DNA from: Bacteroidota bacterium
GTDB taxonomy: Bacteria > Bacteroidota > Bacteroidia > AKYH767-A > OLB10
Length of the DNA stretch: 64,000 bases
Assembly (NCBI GenBank): GCA_024638565.1
Contig: JAHEKC010000005.1
Span: 519 to 64,518 of the forward strand
Direction of reading: 5' to 3'
Made by a program: the position numbers and the translations under genes. A model generated the notes under the pieces. It saw nothing but the letters and a program-made list of their open reading frames with translations, was not told the DNA's origin and made no database searches. How positions within the stretch are numbered: position 1 is the first letter of the stretch; every line of letters begins with the position of its first letter. Of this stretch, positions 20,348-30,207 are shown one piece after another.

Positions 20348-20962
20348 CTATCCGGCTGGTCCCTGATTGGTATTTACACCTTCAAGTTCCGTAACGCCGC
20401 CTGAAATAATAAACTTCATCATTACGGTGCCGGAAACGTCTATGGCGGTGACATGCTGCTTTGGTACGATGAACAACTGGCCGTTGAACCCGTATGAAAA
20501 GGGAAAGTAAACGGCGATCTTGCCTTTCGGCAGCCCAATGGAGGTAAGGTCATCCTCGGTTACGAATCCGATCCGGTGCATTTCCGGTTCATTGGTAGTC
20601 TTCACCAGCACCGGCTTGTTGAACCGTTTCTTCTCACCCACGAATGCTTCCACGAGGTCTTTCACCGCCGTGTAAACAATTTTGATGAACGGCGCACGCA
20701 GCATACCCTTTTCGAATATGCGAAAGACCGGGTTCGCCACCAGGTGCGTGGCAAAATATCCGAATGCCGTGATGACTACCACGATGATCAGCAGGCCCAG
20801 GCCGGGGATGTCGTAGGTGCCGTACCCCGGAATGTCCACGGGAAGCTGGAACGGCAGCAGGTTGTCCACCCACCGGACCACGACAATAAGCACATAGAAG
20901 GTGACGATTACGGGTACGGCGACCAGCAGCCCCTGCAGGAAATAGTTGATAAGCTTGCGCAT
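20348..20962 (-). CDS. DUF502 domain membrane protein
   Basis: YFLQGLL..VP...T, IPGLG, PFIKIVY..VKDL, IGFVT and MKFIISGG. Confidence 0.85.
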   Translation of the reverse strand: MRKLINYFLQGLLVAVPVIVTFYVLIVVVRWVDNLLPFQLPVDIPGYGTYDIPGLGLLIIVVVITAFGYFATHLVANPVFRIFEKGMLRAPFIKIVYTAVKDLVEAFVGEKKRFNKPVLVKTTNEPEMHRIGFVTEDDLTSIGLPKGKIAVYFPFSYGFNGQLFIVPKQHVTAIDVSGTVMMKFIISGGVTELEGVNTNQGPAG

Positions 20963-20999
20963 CGGGATAGAAGATTAACGGTTAGAACGCGGCGTACCG

Positions 21000-21842
21000 T
21001 CAGCGAAGTTTTCCTTCGAACGGCTCGCAGTTGTCGTTGTACTTTCTGGACAGCGTGAAGTTGAGCTGTACCATGGCGAACATATACCAGTCCTTGTGCG
21101 CCGCATCCCCGCGCTGGCGATCTGTATTGAGGTCGGTGTTCATGTCAGGCGTACGGTCCGAGAATAATACGGCCATGGGGCCGTTCTCCGCCAGCAGGAC
21201 AGCCTTGTCGGGGTATGTGGTGCTGATATCGTCCAGGTAGTCGGTATAGGTGCGACGGGCACCCACTTCGATGTTAAGCCCGAATCGTTCACCCAGCCGG
21301 AATTTGAAGCCGCCCCCGAATGGTATGGCGATCTGAAGCCGCCGGTACCTGGTGCGGTCTGGGTAGGCAGCGGTGCCCTGGCCTTCCGTGCCGAGTGGCT
21401 GCAATTCGAACCAGTCATCGCCAAGCTGGCCTTTCGGATTGAATCTGAATACGGAGACCCCTCCCATAAGATATGGCGTCCAGGTGCTACGGCGGTTGGC
21501 TGTCTGGAATTCGAAAAAGTTGAACTCGAATACCATATGGCCTTCCAGCAGGCTTGACTTGAAATTCAGGTTCCGGAATTGATTAAACGGATCCGAAGTT
21601 CGCGAGTCATCGCCGGAAACGGTGCCATAGTACCCGCCAAGCCGGTATGACCACCGGTTGTTGAAGCTGCGCCGGAAGTGCACCCCGGCGGCGAAATGCC
21701 AAAACCGGGTCTGGAACAGGCTGTGGCTGATATCCCCTTTATACGAGGAGATGCCGAGTGCAATACCCAGTTCGGAGCTTTGCGCCCGGGAGACCTGGAG
21801 GGTGCACGCCAGCACAGCCGCCAGCAGGAATAATTTCTTCAT
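21000..21842 (-). CDS. DUF6089/PorG-like outer-membrane beta-barrel protein
   Basis: Signal peptide; SSYKGD, RNLNFKS, FRFNPK, LQPLGTEGQ, TYTDYLDD and QRGD...DWY. Confidence 0.75.
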   Translation of the reverse strand: MKKLFLLAAVLACTLQVSRAQSSELGIALGISSYKGDISHSLFQTRFWHFAAGVHFRRSFNNRWSYRLGGYYGTVSGDDSRTSDPFNQFRNLNFKSSLLEGHMVFEFNFFEFQTANRRSTWTPYLMGGVSVFRFNPKGQLGDDWFELQPLGTEGQGTAAYPDRTRYRRLQIAIPFGGGFKFRLGERFGLNIEVGARRTYTDYLDDISTTYPDKAVLLAENGPMAVLFSDRTPDMNTDLNTDRQRGDAAHKDWYMFAMVQLNFTLSRKYNDNCEPFEGKLR

Positions 21843-21894
21843 GCATGCGCTCTTTCAGCAAAGAAACGAAGCAAAGATAAAATTGGTATAAAGG

Positions 21895-22815
21895 TCAGAA
21901 AAGGGGATACACCTGGCGTCCTGTCCGGAGCTTGTAATTTATGGTGACCATGCCGAACATATAGGAATCCGTGTAGCGGGGGTCTCCCCGCTGGGCGCCA
22001 GGAGCAGTGATGTAATAAAATTGCTTAGAGGAACGGTCGGCGAGTTCGACGGCAAGTGCACCTACTTCAGGCTGCTTTGCCAGGATATTCGGGCTCACGT
22101 ATGTCCGGCTTGCATCGTCGATATAATCCGTAAAGGTTTTGCGGATGCCGTATTCGATGCCGATGCCCCAGCGTCTGCTGATGGTGTATTTGAAGCCGAT
22201 CCCCACGGGGATGCAGAACTGCAGCCGGCGGTACTTGCCGCGTGTTTCCAGCAGCGTCTGCCCTTCGGTATGAAGCGGATGCAGGGAAACCCAGTCACCC
22301 CCTTCAGAAAGCTGGGCTTTCGGGTTGAAATGAAACAGGCCCACGCCCACGAAGACATAAGACATCATTTCGTACCCGCGTTGTCCACGCACGCCACGCA
22401 GCCGATACCGGTGTCCCACCTGATCCTTGATAAAGGCGAACTCACCGTTGACATTCCATTCCAGGATATGCGACTTGAAGCTCAGGTTCCGGTAGCTGCG
22501 GAAGAACTCCTTTGTCGTCTTGTCATCACCGGACACATGCCCGTAGGTCAGGTGCGTGTTCAGGGAAAAAGAACGCGATATCTTATACCGGTACCCGATC
22601 TGGATGGCCGGTTGCGTTTCAGACCACTCGTAATCTTTGAAAAAGTGAGTGCCGATCTGGTCCGCACCACCAAGTTCCCCGAGGAAGTTGGAGGCACCGA
22701 TGCCGATGTTGATTTCACCACGCATGCCTCTCCACCTGTTCTTAAGCCGCTGGGATTCACTCTCCAGTGGATAAAGAAACAGGAAGACCAGCAGGGCCGG
22801 AATAAACTTTCTCAT
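21895..22815 (-). CDS. DUF6089/PorG-like outer-membrane beta-barrel protein (paralogue)
   Basis: NFLGELGG, RNLSFKS, FHFNPK, LHPLHTEGQ, TFTDYIDD and QRGDP..TDSY. Start placed at ATG 22815. Confidence 0.75.
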   Translation of the reverse strand: MRKFIPALLVFLFLYPLESESQRLKNRWRGMRGEINIGIGASNFLGELGGADQIGTHFFKDYEWSETQPAIQIGYRYKISRSFSLNTHLTYGHVSGDDKTTKEFFRSYRNLSFKSHILEWNVNGEFAFIKDQVGHRYRLRGVRGQRGYEMMSYVFVGVGLFHFNPKAQLSEGGDWVSLHPLHTEGQTLLETRGKYRRLQFCIPVGIGFKYTISRRWGIGIEYGIRKTFTDYIDDASRTYVSPNILAKQPEVGALAVELADRSSKQFYYITAPGAQRGDPRYTDSYMFGMVTINYKLRTGRQVYPLF

Positions 22816-22881
22816 AGGGTTTGAATAGGTATCCACAAAAATAAATGTTTCAGTTCAAAGATAATAAACGAACAGGCTCTA

Positions 22882-23757
22882 TTAATTCCTTGAATCCAGG
22901 CCCCAGTTCAGCTTGTTTCTTAGGGTTTTAAGAAAATTCCCCTCATGCAATCGGATGATATTGAAGGTAAATTCTTCCTTTCTTACAGCAAACTGGATGC
23001 TTGAATCGATCGTAACGGACCTTGAATCCAGTGAAGCCAGGAAGTACTGGCTTCGCCCTTCTACCTCGAGGGAAATCACATTCTTATCAGATACTACGAC
23101 AGGACGCACGTTCAGGTTATGGGGTGCGATGGGGGTAATGACGAAATTGCCCGACCTGGGTGCCACGATAGGGCCTCCGCAGCTGAGCGAATATCCCGTC
23201 GATCCGGTGGGCGTGCTTACGATCAGGCCGTCAGCCCAGTAGGTTGTCAGGTACTCGCCGTTGAGAAAGGCGTGGATCTTGATCATGGAACTGCTGTCCT
23301 TTTTGTGAATGGTAAGTTCATTGAGTGCGAAGTTGGTCTTGCCGAAGACGGATTTATTGGTTTCGAGCCTCAGCAATACCCGCTCATCCACGCTGAAATT
23401 GTTACGCAGCAATTCGTTGAGGGCGGATTCCGTTTTGTCCGAACTCGTGCTGGTCAGGTAACCCAGCCTTCCGGTGTTGATTCCGAGCACCGGAATCCCG
23501 GACTTGCGCACCATGGTAACCGTGTCCAGCATGGTACCGTCTCCGCCGATGCTGATAAAATAATCGACATTTCCTTTCAGCTCATCAGCAGATCCGAACA
23601 CCTTAACCTCGGGTGGGAGCTCCATCAGCTGCTTTAACATGGTATAGCAGGAGTCGAACAGGTACAGTCCCATGCCCGATTCCCGGGCATGACTGATCAG
23701 CGTTTGGAAACAGGGTACCGCATTATCCACCTCGCGGCCGTAAACAGCGATGTTCAT
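22882..23757 (-). CDS. nadK: NAD kinase
   Basis: GGDGT, GINTGRLGYL, ALNE, DGLIVSTPTGSTGYSLSCGGP and PIAPH. Confidence 0.96.
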   Translation of the reverse strand: MNIAVYGREVDNAVPCFQTLISHARESGMGLYLFDSCYTMLKQLMELPPEVKVFGSADELKGNVDYFISIGGDGTMLDTVTMVRKSGIPVLGINTGRLGYLTSTSSDKTESALNELLRNNFSVDERVLLRLETNKSVFGKTNFALNELTIHKKDSSSMIKIHAFLNGEYLTTYWADGLIVSTPTGSTGYSLSCGGPIVAPRSGNFVITPIAPHNLNVRPVVVSDKNVISLEVEGRSQYFLASLDSRSVTIDSSIQFAVRKEEFTFNIIRLHEGNFLKTLRNKLNWGLDSRN

Positions 23758-23803
23758 GCAAACAAAAGTAAGATTCTCTGGGTTAGGTCCCGGTCACGAC
23801 CGT

Positions 23804-25255
23804 TCAGAAGATGGGTGCGGTAAAGTGAAGGAACAGGCCATGTTCGTGGAGCCGGTTCCAAGTATACTCCAGCCGGAACACCAGGTCATAATAGGTTACG
23901 TAATCCATGCCCACGCCGAACCCGTGCTGGTACTCGTTCGACAGCGGGCTCGTATCCCCGAACTGGTTGTCGCGTGCGTATCCGGCGTCATAAAACAGGT
24001 TGGCGTAAATCGCGAACGGAATGCGATTGAATTTCTCATGCGGGATGAAACGTGTTTGCACCACGCGTTCAGGGACGAGCGTATACTTGATATTCGACTT
24101 GAACAGCAGGTAATGCTGGCCATTGATAACATAGAATTCATAACCCCGGATGAAATTGCTGCCGTATCCCAGCCCCCGCTGATTGTAATAAGGGGCATGT
24201 GAGCGGCCCGAAACCTTTCCCTTTATCCCCGCGGCGGCATGCAGGCGTCGTCCCAGCGCCCAGTACTTCCGGTAATTGCTGGTTATGGCGATCAGGCTGG
24301 GTTCATTTTGCAGCGCGCCGATGCCGATCTTGAATACCTCGAAGTCCAGGTAATGTCCCTGCAGCGGGTACTGCTTGATGTCGCGGTGATCATTCTTGTA
24401 CCGGTAGGATATAATGAACAGTTGCTGCGTGGATTCGCCCGGCAGGAAATAGTCTTCGTTGTAATACAGGATGCTGTCTGATATCGTGTTATCCTGGAAC
24501 TGCAGGGATACGGTATGGTAATCGTGAATGCCCTGGCGATGCGTGAAGCTGACCCCGGCCCCGATCTGCCGGCGCACATACTCATCGTCGTTCCGGTAAT
24601 ATTTAAGCTTGCTGTCGCCAAGGCCGTAGGCGATCTCGTGATTGCGGGTATAGGTCAGGCCGAAGGCCAGTCCGTTTACCTGCCTGCGGTTGACATAAGG
24701 GACTGTATAAAACAGGCCCAGGCGCTGGGAGTACCCAAGCCTGACCAGCAGGCTCAGCTTTTCCTTGCGTCCGCGAAAGTTATCTTTTGTGATATATGCG
24801 CCGTAATTGGTGCGTGAAAAATCCTTTGTAAGCCACCATTCGTTAAAATTCCGGTCCACCAATTCAAAAATCGGCAGCGGCCACAGGTACCACCGTTCAG
24901 ATACGTGAACGATTACATGCGTTCGCGAAGGATCGTTGGCATCAGGCTGGTCGTAAATGTCTACAAAATTGAACAGCGAGGTGTTCAGCAGGTTTTCACG
25001 GCTGCGCTGCATGGTCCTGGCCAGCACGTACCGCGGAAGCCTGTCTCCCTGGTGGAAAATAAGTTCCCGTGTGATGATAAAAGGCTTGGTGGTACGGTTC
25101 CCCGTGATGAGGATTTCAGCAACCTCCACCATACGGGATTCAGCAGGGACCGAGTCCGCAGCCGTTGTCAGTGTGTCCTGGGCCGTCGCCGTCAGGGCAG
25201 CGCAAAGCAGGCTCACCGGTAAAAGCCGGATGACGAACCTTGAGGCCGGACGCAT
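23804..25255 (-). CDS. POTRA-domain BamA/TamA (Omp85) family outer-membrane protein
   Basis: ITGNRTTKPFIITREL POTRA domain, V.ERWY, NFRGR.E and IRGYE; terminal Phe. Confidence 0.8.
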   Translation of the reverse strand: MRPASRFVIRLLPVSLLCAALTATAQDTLTTAADSVPAESRMVEVAEILITGNRTTKPFIITRELIFHQGDRLPRYVLARTMQRSRENLLNTSLFNFVDIYDQPDANDPSRTHVIVHVSERWYLWPLPIFELVDRNFNEWWLTKDFSRTNYGAYITKDNFRGRKEKLSLLVRLGYSQRLGLFYTVPYVNRRQVNGLAFGLTYTRNHEIAYGLGDSKLKYYRNDDEYVRRQIGAGVSFTHRQGIHDYHTVSLQFQDNTISDSILYYNEDYFLPGESTQQLFIISYRYKNDHRDIKQYPLQGHYLDFEVFKIGIGALQNEPSLIAITSNYRKYWALGRRLHAAAGIKGKVSGRSHAPYYNQRGLGYGSNFIRGYEFYVINGQHYLLFKSNIKYTLVPERVVQTRFIPHEKFNRIPFAIYANLFYDAGYARDNQFGDTSPLSNEYQHGFGVGMDYVTYYDLVFRLEYTWNRLHEHGLFLHFTAPIF

Positions 25256-25918
25256 TTATATGTTCAGGTATTTCATGAACGCATCATAGCGTTCCTGCAA
25301 GTCCTCGGAAAATTCGCTTTGATGGTAATGACCGGTAATCTTGTAATTATATCGGGTAAGCGCGGCGAGGATCCGCGTCAGGTCCACCCGGTTCACCTTG
25401 ATAGTCACTTCTGTTTTCAGGTGATCGGCAGCCGGCACGGCGCTGACGCTGATGATACTTGCATCGTGCGCCTCCACCAGCTGGGCGATTTCGGAAAGCA
25501 TGTAATCGCGCCTTTCAATTTCCAGCTGGATAATACCCCCTTCGGCATTGACGGCATTCACGTCGGCAATGCATTCCAGGAGGTCCCAGATGGTGATCAG
25601 CCCGGCGTACTGGTCTTCCTCGTCCAGGACGGGAACGACCGGGTACCGGTGACCGGTGGCGAACTTAAGCGCATCATAAATGTGCTGGTGGCTGTAAATA
25701 CAGGCGCGGTCAAGGGGCAGGTCGAGCGTGGAGATGGCGCCAGAGCGATCCTTGAGTACCAGCAGGCTTGACTCCGAAATGATGCCAAGAAAGCGGCCGT
25801 TTTCGATTACGGGCAGGTAACGCAGCCCGAACTGCTCCATCCAGGCCAGCGCGCGGTCGCCTGAATCACTGCTGAGCAACGGGGGGACCGTATCTTTGAT
25901 GAGAATTTGCGCGATCAT
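25256..25918 (-). CDS. CBS domain protein with C-terminal ACT-like domain
   Basis: LPVIENGRFLGII and VPVLDEEDQYAGLIT CBS pair; ERYDAFMKYLNI C-terminus. Start placed at ATG 25918. Confidence 0.85.
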   Translation of the reverse strand: MIAQILIKDTVPPLLSSDSGDRALAWMEQFGLRYLPVIENGRFLGIISESSLLVLKDRSGAISTLDLPLDRACIYSHQHIYDALKFATGHRYPVVPVLDEEDQYAGLITIWDLLECIADVNAVNAEGGIIQLEIERRDYMLSEIAQLVEAHDASIISVSAVPAADHLKTEVTIKVNRVDLTRILAALTRYNYKITGHYHQSEFSEDLQERYDAFMKYLNI

Positions 25919-25984
25919 GCCGAAACCCGGACGTGTAAAGGCCCGGCCGTGAAGCAAACATAGTATTTTTGGGTGTCTGTTGAC

Positions 25985-26707
25985 ATGACAAGGCTTAGTG
26001 TAAACATAAACAAGGTAGCTACCCTGCGAAATGCGCGTGGTGGTGATATACCCGATGTGGCCCGGGCCGCGGTGGATTGTGAACGCTTCGGGGCCGAAGG
26101 CGTGACCGTGCATCCGCGTCCGGACGGCAGGCATATAAGGTATGATGATGTGCGTGCTATCGCACCACTGATCCGGACCGAATTCAATATCGAGGGCTAC
26201 CCTTCGGCAAGCTTTCTTGAACTGGTGGAAGCGGTGCGGCCGCACCAGGTGACACTGGTCCCCGATCCACCGGATGTACTCACGTCAAATTCCGGCTGGC
26301 AGGTCGGGGAACACAAAGCGTTTCTGCGTGAAACCGTGGACAGGCTCAGGGGGAACGGCATGCGCGTATCGTTGTTCATGGAGCCTGATCCGGATGCCAT
26401 GGAGGAAGCGGCCAAAACCGGCACGGACAGGGTGGAACTGTATACAGAATCCTATGCCGCGGGATTTGCATATGACCGGGATGAAGCGGTGCGTCCGTTC
26501 GCCGCGGCGGCAGCTGCCGCCCGCGCGGCAGGGATGCAGGTCAACGCGGGCCATGATCTAAACCTCGACAACCTGGCTTTCCTGGTTTCGAAGATTCCTT
26601 TTTTGTCGGAAGTCTCCATTGGCCATGCCCTCATCAGCGATGCGCTGTATATGGGGCTTGAAAATGCCATCGGGATGTACAAACAGCAACTGGCCATCCA
26701 TGCATGA
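25985..26707 (+). CDS. pdxJ: Pyridoxine 5'-phosphate synthase
   Basis: LSVNINKVATLRNARG, TVHPRPD.RHI, VELYT, NAGHDL and EVSIGHALI; TATTTTTG box at 25964-25971. Confidence 0.96.
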   Translation: MTRLSVNINKVATLRNARGGDIPDVARAAVDCERFGAEGVTVHPRPDGRHIRYDDVRAIAPLIRTEFNIEGYPSASFLELVEAVRPHQVTLVPDPPDVLTSNSGWQVGEHKAFLRETVDRLRGNGMRVSLFMEPDPDAMEEAAKTGTDRVELYTESYAAGFAYDRDEAVRPFAAAAAAARAAGMQVNAGHDLNLDNLAFLVSKIPFLSEVSIGHALISDALYMGLENAIGMYKQQLAIHA

Positions 26708-26738
26708 TGGCTTCAGCCGTGCCTGGCGTTACCGATGG

Positions 26739-26870
26739 CTATTTGGAATCGCTCTTGCCGGACTTGTTCCGCAGGCGAGAGTCGAAATTCTGCTTTCTTG
26801 ACGGACGTGACTTGCCACGCGTGCCAATCTGCAGTTTCCCCTTTTTTGTCCTTTTGTCTCCTTTACCCAT
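26739..26870 (-). CDS. 30S ribosomal protein THX (bTHX), 43 aa, absent from the ORF track
   Basis: Manual translation gives MGKGDKRTKKGKLQIGTRGKSRPSRKQNFDSRLRNKSGKSDSK*, which fits the THX signature MGKGD(K/R)(K/R)T..GK...G..G..RP. Confidence 0.88.
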   Translation of the reverse strand: MGKGDKRTKKGKLQIGTRGKSRPSRKQNFDSRLRNKSGKSDSK

Positions 26871-26924
26871 TGTGGTGCTTTGATCGTAAAGTTAATCGAT
26901 TTCATTAACCGTGCGGCAGTCGTT

Positions 26925-28163
26925 TCAATAGAGGTTTCTCAACCTGATCGTATGCTTCAGTTTTTTAAGCTTGTCCATCAGCCCCGGCGGTGACTTCCGG
27001 TCAATATCGAACACCACGTACCCGATTTCATCCCTGGTCTTCAGGTACTGACCCAGGATATTGACCTTCATGCGGGAAAGGACGCCATTGATATCCCCCA
27101 GGACACCTGGAACATTCCGGTGGATGTGCAGCAGCCTGTGCGCATGGCGCTGGACCGGCAGGCTCAATTCAGGGATGGAGCGTGCGCCGGTGCTGTCACC
27201 GGTTTCGAGGTAGCTGACCATTTGGGTGGCTACGTCGATGCCAATCTGGCGCTGGGCTTCCATGGTCGATCCGCCGATATGTGGAGTGAGGATGACATTG
27301 GGCAGGCCGTGTACGGGTGTGGAGAATGCATCACCGGTGACGGCCGGCTCTTCCGGAAATACATCAAGCGCTGCCCCGCCGGTATGCCCTTTTTCAACCG
27401 AACGCCTCAGGGCCTCCAGGTCGACCACGTCGCCCCGGCTGAGGTTGATAACCGAGCTTCCTTTCTTCATCCGTGCCAGGAATTTTGCATTGACCATATT
27501 TTTGGTCGTCCGGGTCGCGGGTACGTGCAGGGTCACGAGATCGGATTTGCGGCATAACTCGTCTACCGTGCGGGCCGCGGTGGCGTTCCCCAGCGGCAGC
27601 CGGGGAATGACGTCATGGTAAATCACGCGCATACCCATGGACTCCGCGAGAATGGAAACCTGCGAGCCGATATGGCCATAGCCCACGATACCCAGCACCT
27701 TGCCGCGTACCTCGTGACAGCCGGCGCTGTCCTTGAGCCATCGGCCGTCCCGGGCCGCCACGCTCTTCTCAAAGGTCCGGCGGAGCAGGTAAATACAGTG
27801 CGCGATGACAAGTTCGGCCACCGACCTGGTATTCGAATACGGTGCGTTGAAGACAGCCACCCCCCGGCCGGAAGCGGCCTTCATGTCCACCTGGTTGGTG
27901 CCGATACAGAAACAGCCTGCTGCAATAAGTTTTTGAGAGGCCTCCAGGTATCCGGTCGTAAGCCTTGTCCGGGAACGGATGCCGATGAGGTGTGCGCCGG
28001 ACGCTTTTCGCAGCAGCTCATCGCCGGTAAGGCTCTTTCGAATGGTCTCCACGCCCGTGTACCCGTGCGCGCGGAACAGGGCCGCGGCGGAGCCATGAAT
28101 GCCTTCCAGGAGAAGGATGCGCACTTTGTCGCGCGGGTAGGAGGTGGTCACCTGGCGGGGCAT
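26925..28163 (-). CDS. serA: D-3-phosphoglycerate dehydrogenase with ACT domain
   Basis: ILLLEGIH, GIRSRT, CFCIGTNQVD, NAPYSNTRSVAE, GYGHIG, TPHIGGST.EAQ and the ACT motif HIHRNVPG. Confidence 0.95.
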   Translation of the reverse strand: MPRQVTTSYPRDKVRILLLEGIHGSAAALFRAHGYTGVETIRKSLTGDELLRKASGAHLIGIRSRTRLTTGYLEASQKLIAAGCFCIGTNQVDMKAASGRGVAVFNAPYSNTRSVAELVIAHCIYLLRRTFEKSVAARDGRWLKDSAGCHEVRGKVLGIVGYGHIGSQVSILAESMGMRVIYHDVIPRLPLGNATAARTVDELCRKSDLVTLHVPATRTTKNMVNAKFLARMKKGSSVINLSRGDVVDLEALRRSVEKGHTGGAALDVFPEEPAVTGDAFSTPVHGLPNVILTPHIGGSTMEAQRQIGIDVATQMVSYLETGDSTGARSIPELSLPVQRHAHRLLHIHRNVPGVLGDINGVLSRMKVNILGQYLKTRDEIGYVVFDIDRKSPPGLMDKLKKLKHTIRLRNLY

Positions 28164-28302
28164 GATGCAAGGATAACAAATAGGCACGGACAGCGTTCCC
28201 GCGGAGCGGGCTGCGGAAGGGCTGCGGTGCTGCCGGGAAACAGCGCCGGTTCCGGGAAAATGTCATAGGTTTGCTTTCCCCGATTTGTAAATTAAGACCC
28301 CT

Positions 28303-30174
28303 ATGAAAAAGTACCTGATTTTCATCCTAGTTTTTATGACCACCACTGCTTTTACCCAGAACAGAACCATCCCTTTACGGGATTTCTTCCGCAACCCGGA
28401 TAAGACCGCCTACCGCATATCCCCGGACGGAAATATGTTTTCCTACCTGGCACCTTATGAGTCGAGGCTGAATGTGTTTGTTAAGGAAATTGGAAGTGAT
28501 GAGGCCAGGAGGGTCACCTCGGAAACTGAACGCGATATTGGCGGCTATTTCTGGAAAGGCAACAGCCATATTCTTTATGTAAGGGATTTCGGCGGTGACG
28601 AAAATTTTCACCTGTTCCGCGCCGGTGTCGACGGTTCGGATGCCGTGGACCTGACACCGTTTAAGGATGTACGTGTTTCCATTGTCGATGACCTGGAAGA
28701 CTTTGATGATGAGATCATCATCAGCATGAACAAACGCGACCCCAAGGTGTTCGATGTGTACCATATGAAAATCTCCACCGGGGAAATGAAGATGATCGCT
28801 GAAAACCCCGGTAATATTTCCCGGTGGCTTACCGACCATGACGGCAAGCTCCGCGTGGCGTCAACCACGGATGGCGTGAGCACCAGCCTGCTTTACCGGG
28901 AAACCGAGGAGGATTCGTTCAGGATCGTGCTGACGACGAGTTACAAGGAGAGCGCTGACCCGCTGTTCTTCACTTTCGACAACAAGAACGTTTATGCGGC
29001 GAGCAACCTGGGCCGGGACAAATCCGCGATCGTGCGTTTCGATCTTGCCACGGGAAAAGAGATTGACATCATCTTCGAACACCCGGAGGTGGATGTGTAT
29101 TCCCTGCGGTACAGCCGTGACCGGAAGGTGATTACCTATGCGAACTACGACAGGGCGAAGCCGGACCGGATTTTTTTCGACGACATCATGAAAGGAATCT
29201 ATGCACGTGTGCAAGCGGAGTTCGGTGAACGGTATCATGCCGTGATCACATCCTCCAGCAGGAAAGAGGATAAGTTCCTGATCCGAACCTATAGTGATCG
29301 CTCCCTGGGGGCCTATTATTTCTATGACATCAATACGGATAAGCTCCGCAAGTTGACGGACGTGAGCCCCTGGCTTAACGAAGAGGAGCTTTGCGAGATG
29401 CAGTCCATCACCTATGTATCCCGCGACGGGGAGACCATCCATGGCTACCTGACATTGCCGCGGGGCAAGGAAGCCAAAGGCCTGCCCGTGGTCGTGCACC
29501 CGCATGGCGGGCCCTGGGCGCGTGACCGCTGGGGCTTCGACCCCGGTGTGCAGTTCCTGGCCAACCGGGGCTATGCCGTACTGCAGATGAATTTCCGAGG
29601 ATCCACGGGGTACGGGCGCCGCTGGTGGGAGATCAGTTTCAAGCAGTGGGGCAGGACCATGCAGGATGATATTACGGACGGGGTCAAATGGCTGATCGGG
29701 GATGGCATTGCTGATCCGAAACGCATCGGCATCTACGGCGGCTCGTACGGGGGATATGCCACCCTTGCCGGTATCACCTTCACTCCCGACCAGTATGCCT
29801 GTGCAATAGATTACGTGGGTGTGTCCAACCTGTTTACATTCATGGAATCGATTCCACCCTACTGGAAGCCGTACCTTGAAATGCTGTATGACATGGTTGG
29901 CCATCCGCAGAAGGACTCTCTTGACCTGAGAGCCGCCTCCCCGGTTTTCCATGTGGATCGCATCAAATCGCCGCTGCTGGTTGCCCAGGGAGCAAAGGAC
30001 CCCAGGGTCAAGAAAAGCGAAAGCGACCAGATAGTGGAAGCGTTGCGCGGCAGGGGAGTGGAAGTGGAATACCTGGTTAAGGAAAACGAAGGTCACGGTT
30101 TCCGCAACGAAGAGAACAGGTTCGAATTTTACGAAGCCATGGAAAAATTCCTGGCGCGCCATTTGAAAAAGTGA
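28303..30174 (+). CDS. Secreted S9 family (prolyl oligo/acylaminoacyl) peptidase
   Basis: HGGPWARD, NFRGSTGYG, catalytic GGSYGG, DPRV and EGHGF; signal peptide; TAGGTTTG box at 28266-28273. Confidence 0.93.
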   Translation: MKKYLIFILVFMTTTAFTQNRTIPLRDFFRNPDKTAYRISPDGNMFSYLAPYESRLNVFVKEIGSDEARRVTSETERDIGGYFWKGNSHILYVRDFGGDENFHLFRAGVDGSDAVDLTPFKDVRVSIVDDLEDFDDEIIISMNKRDPKVFDVYHMKISTGEMKMIAENPGNISRWLTDHDGKLRVASTTDGVSTSLLYRETEEDSFRIVLTTSYKESADPLFFTFDNKNVYAASNLGRDKSAIVRFDLATGKEIDIIFEHPEVDVYSLRYSRDRKVITYANYDRAKPDRIFFDDIMKGIYARVQAEFGERYHAVITSSSRKEDKFLIRTYSDRSLGAYYFYDINTDKLRKLTDVSPWLNEEELCEMQSITYVSRDGETIHGYLTLPRGKEAKGLPVVVHPHGGPWARDRWGFDPGVQFLANRGYAVLQMNFRGSTGYGRRWWEISFKQWGRTMQDDITDGVKWLIGDGIADPKRIGIYGGSYGGYATLAGITFTPDQYACAIDYVGVSNLFTFMESIPPYWKPYLEMLYDMVGHPQKDSLDLRAASPVFHVDRIKSPLLVAQGAKDPRVKKSESDQIVEALRGRGVEVEYLVKENEGHGFRNEENRFEFYEAMEKFLARHLKK

Positions 30175-30207
30175 ATAGAATCAAATGGACACTAATGATA
30201 TTAATAT

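Noticed and set aside
25919..26245. Extended N-termini from the ORF track (CBS protein; also those at 19114, 22836, 28187, 36307, 39481, 53854 and 58313)
   Set aside because: The extensions overlap neighbouring genes or promoter boxes, or precede the recognisable family N-terminus; downstream starts fit better.
28861..30162. Long antisense ORFs (433 aa here; also 9808-10800, 58830-60023, 3493-4320 and 47605-48477)
   Set aside because: They lie opposite well-supported genes, have no recognisable motifs, and are expected from GC-rich codon bias.
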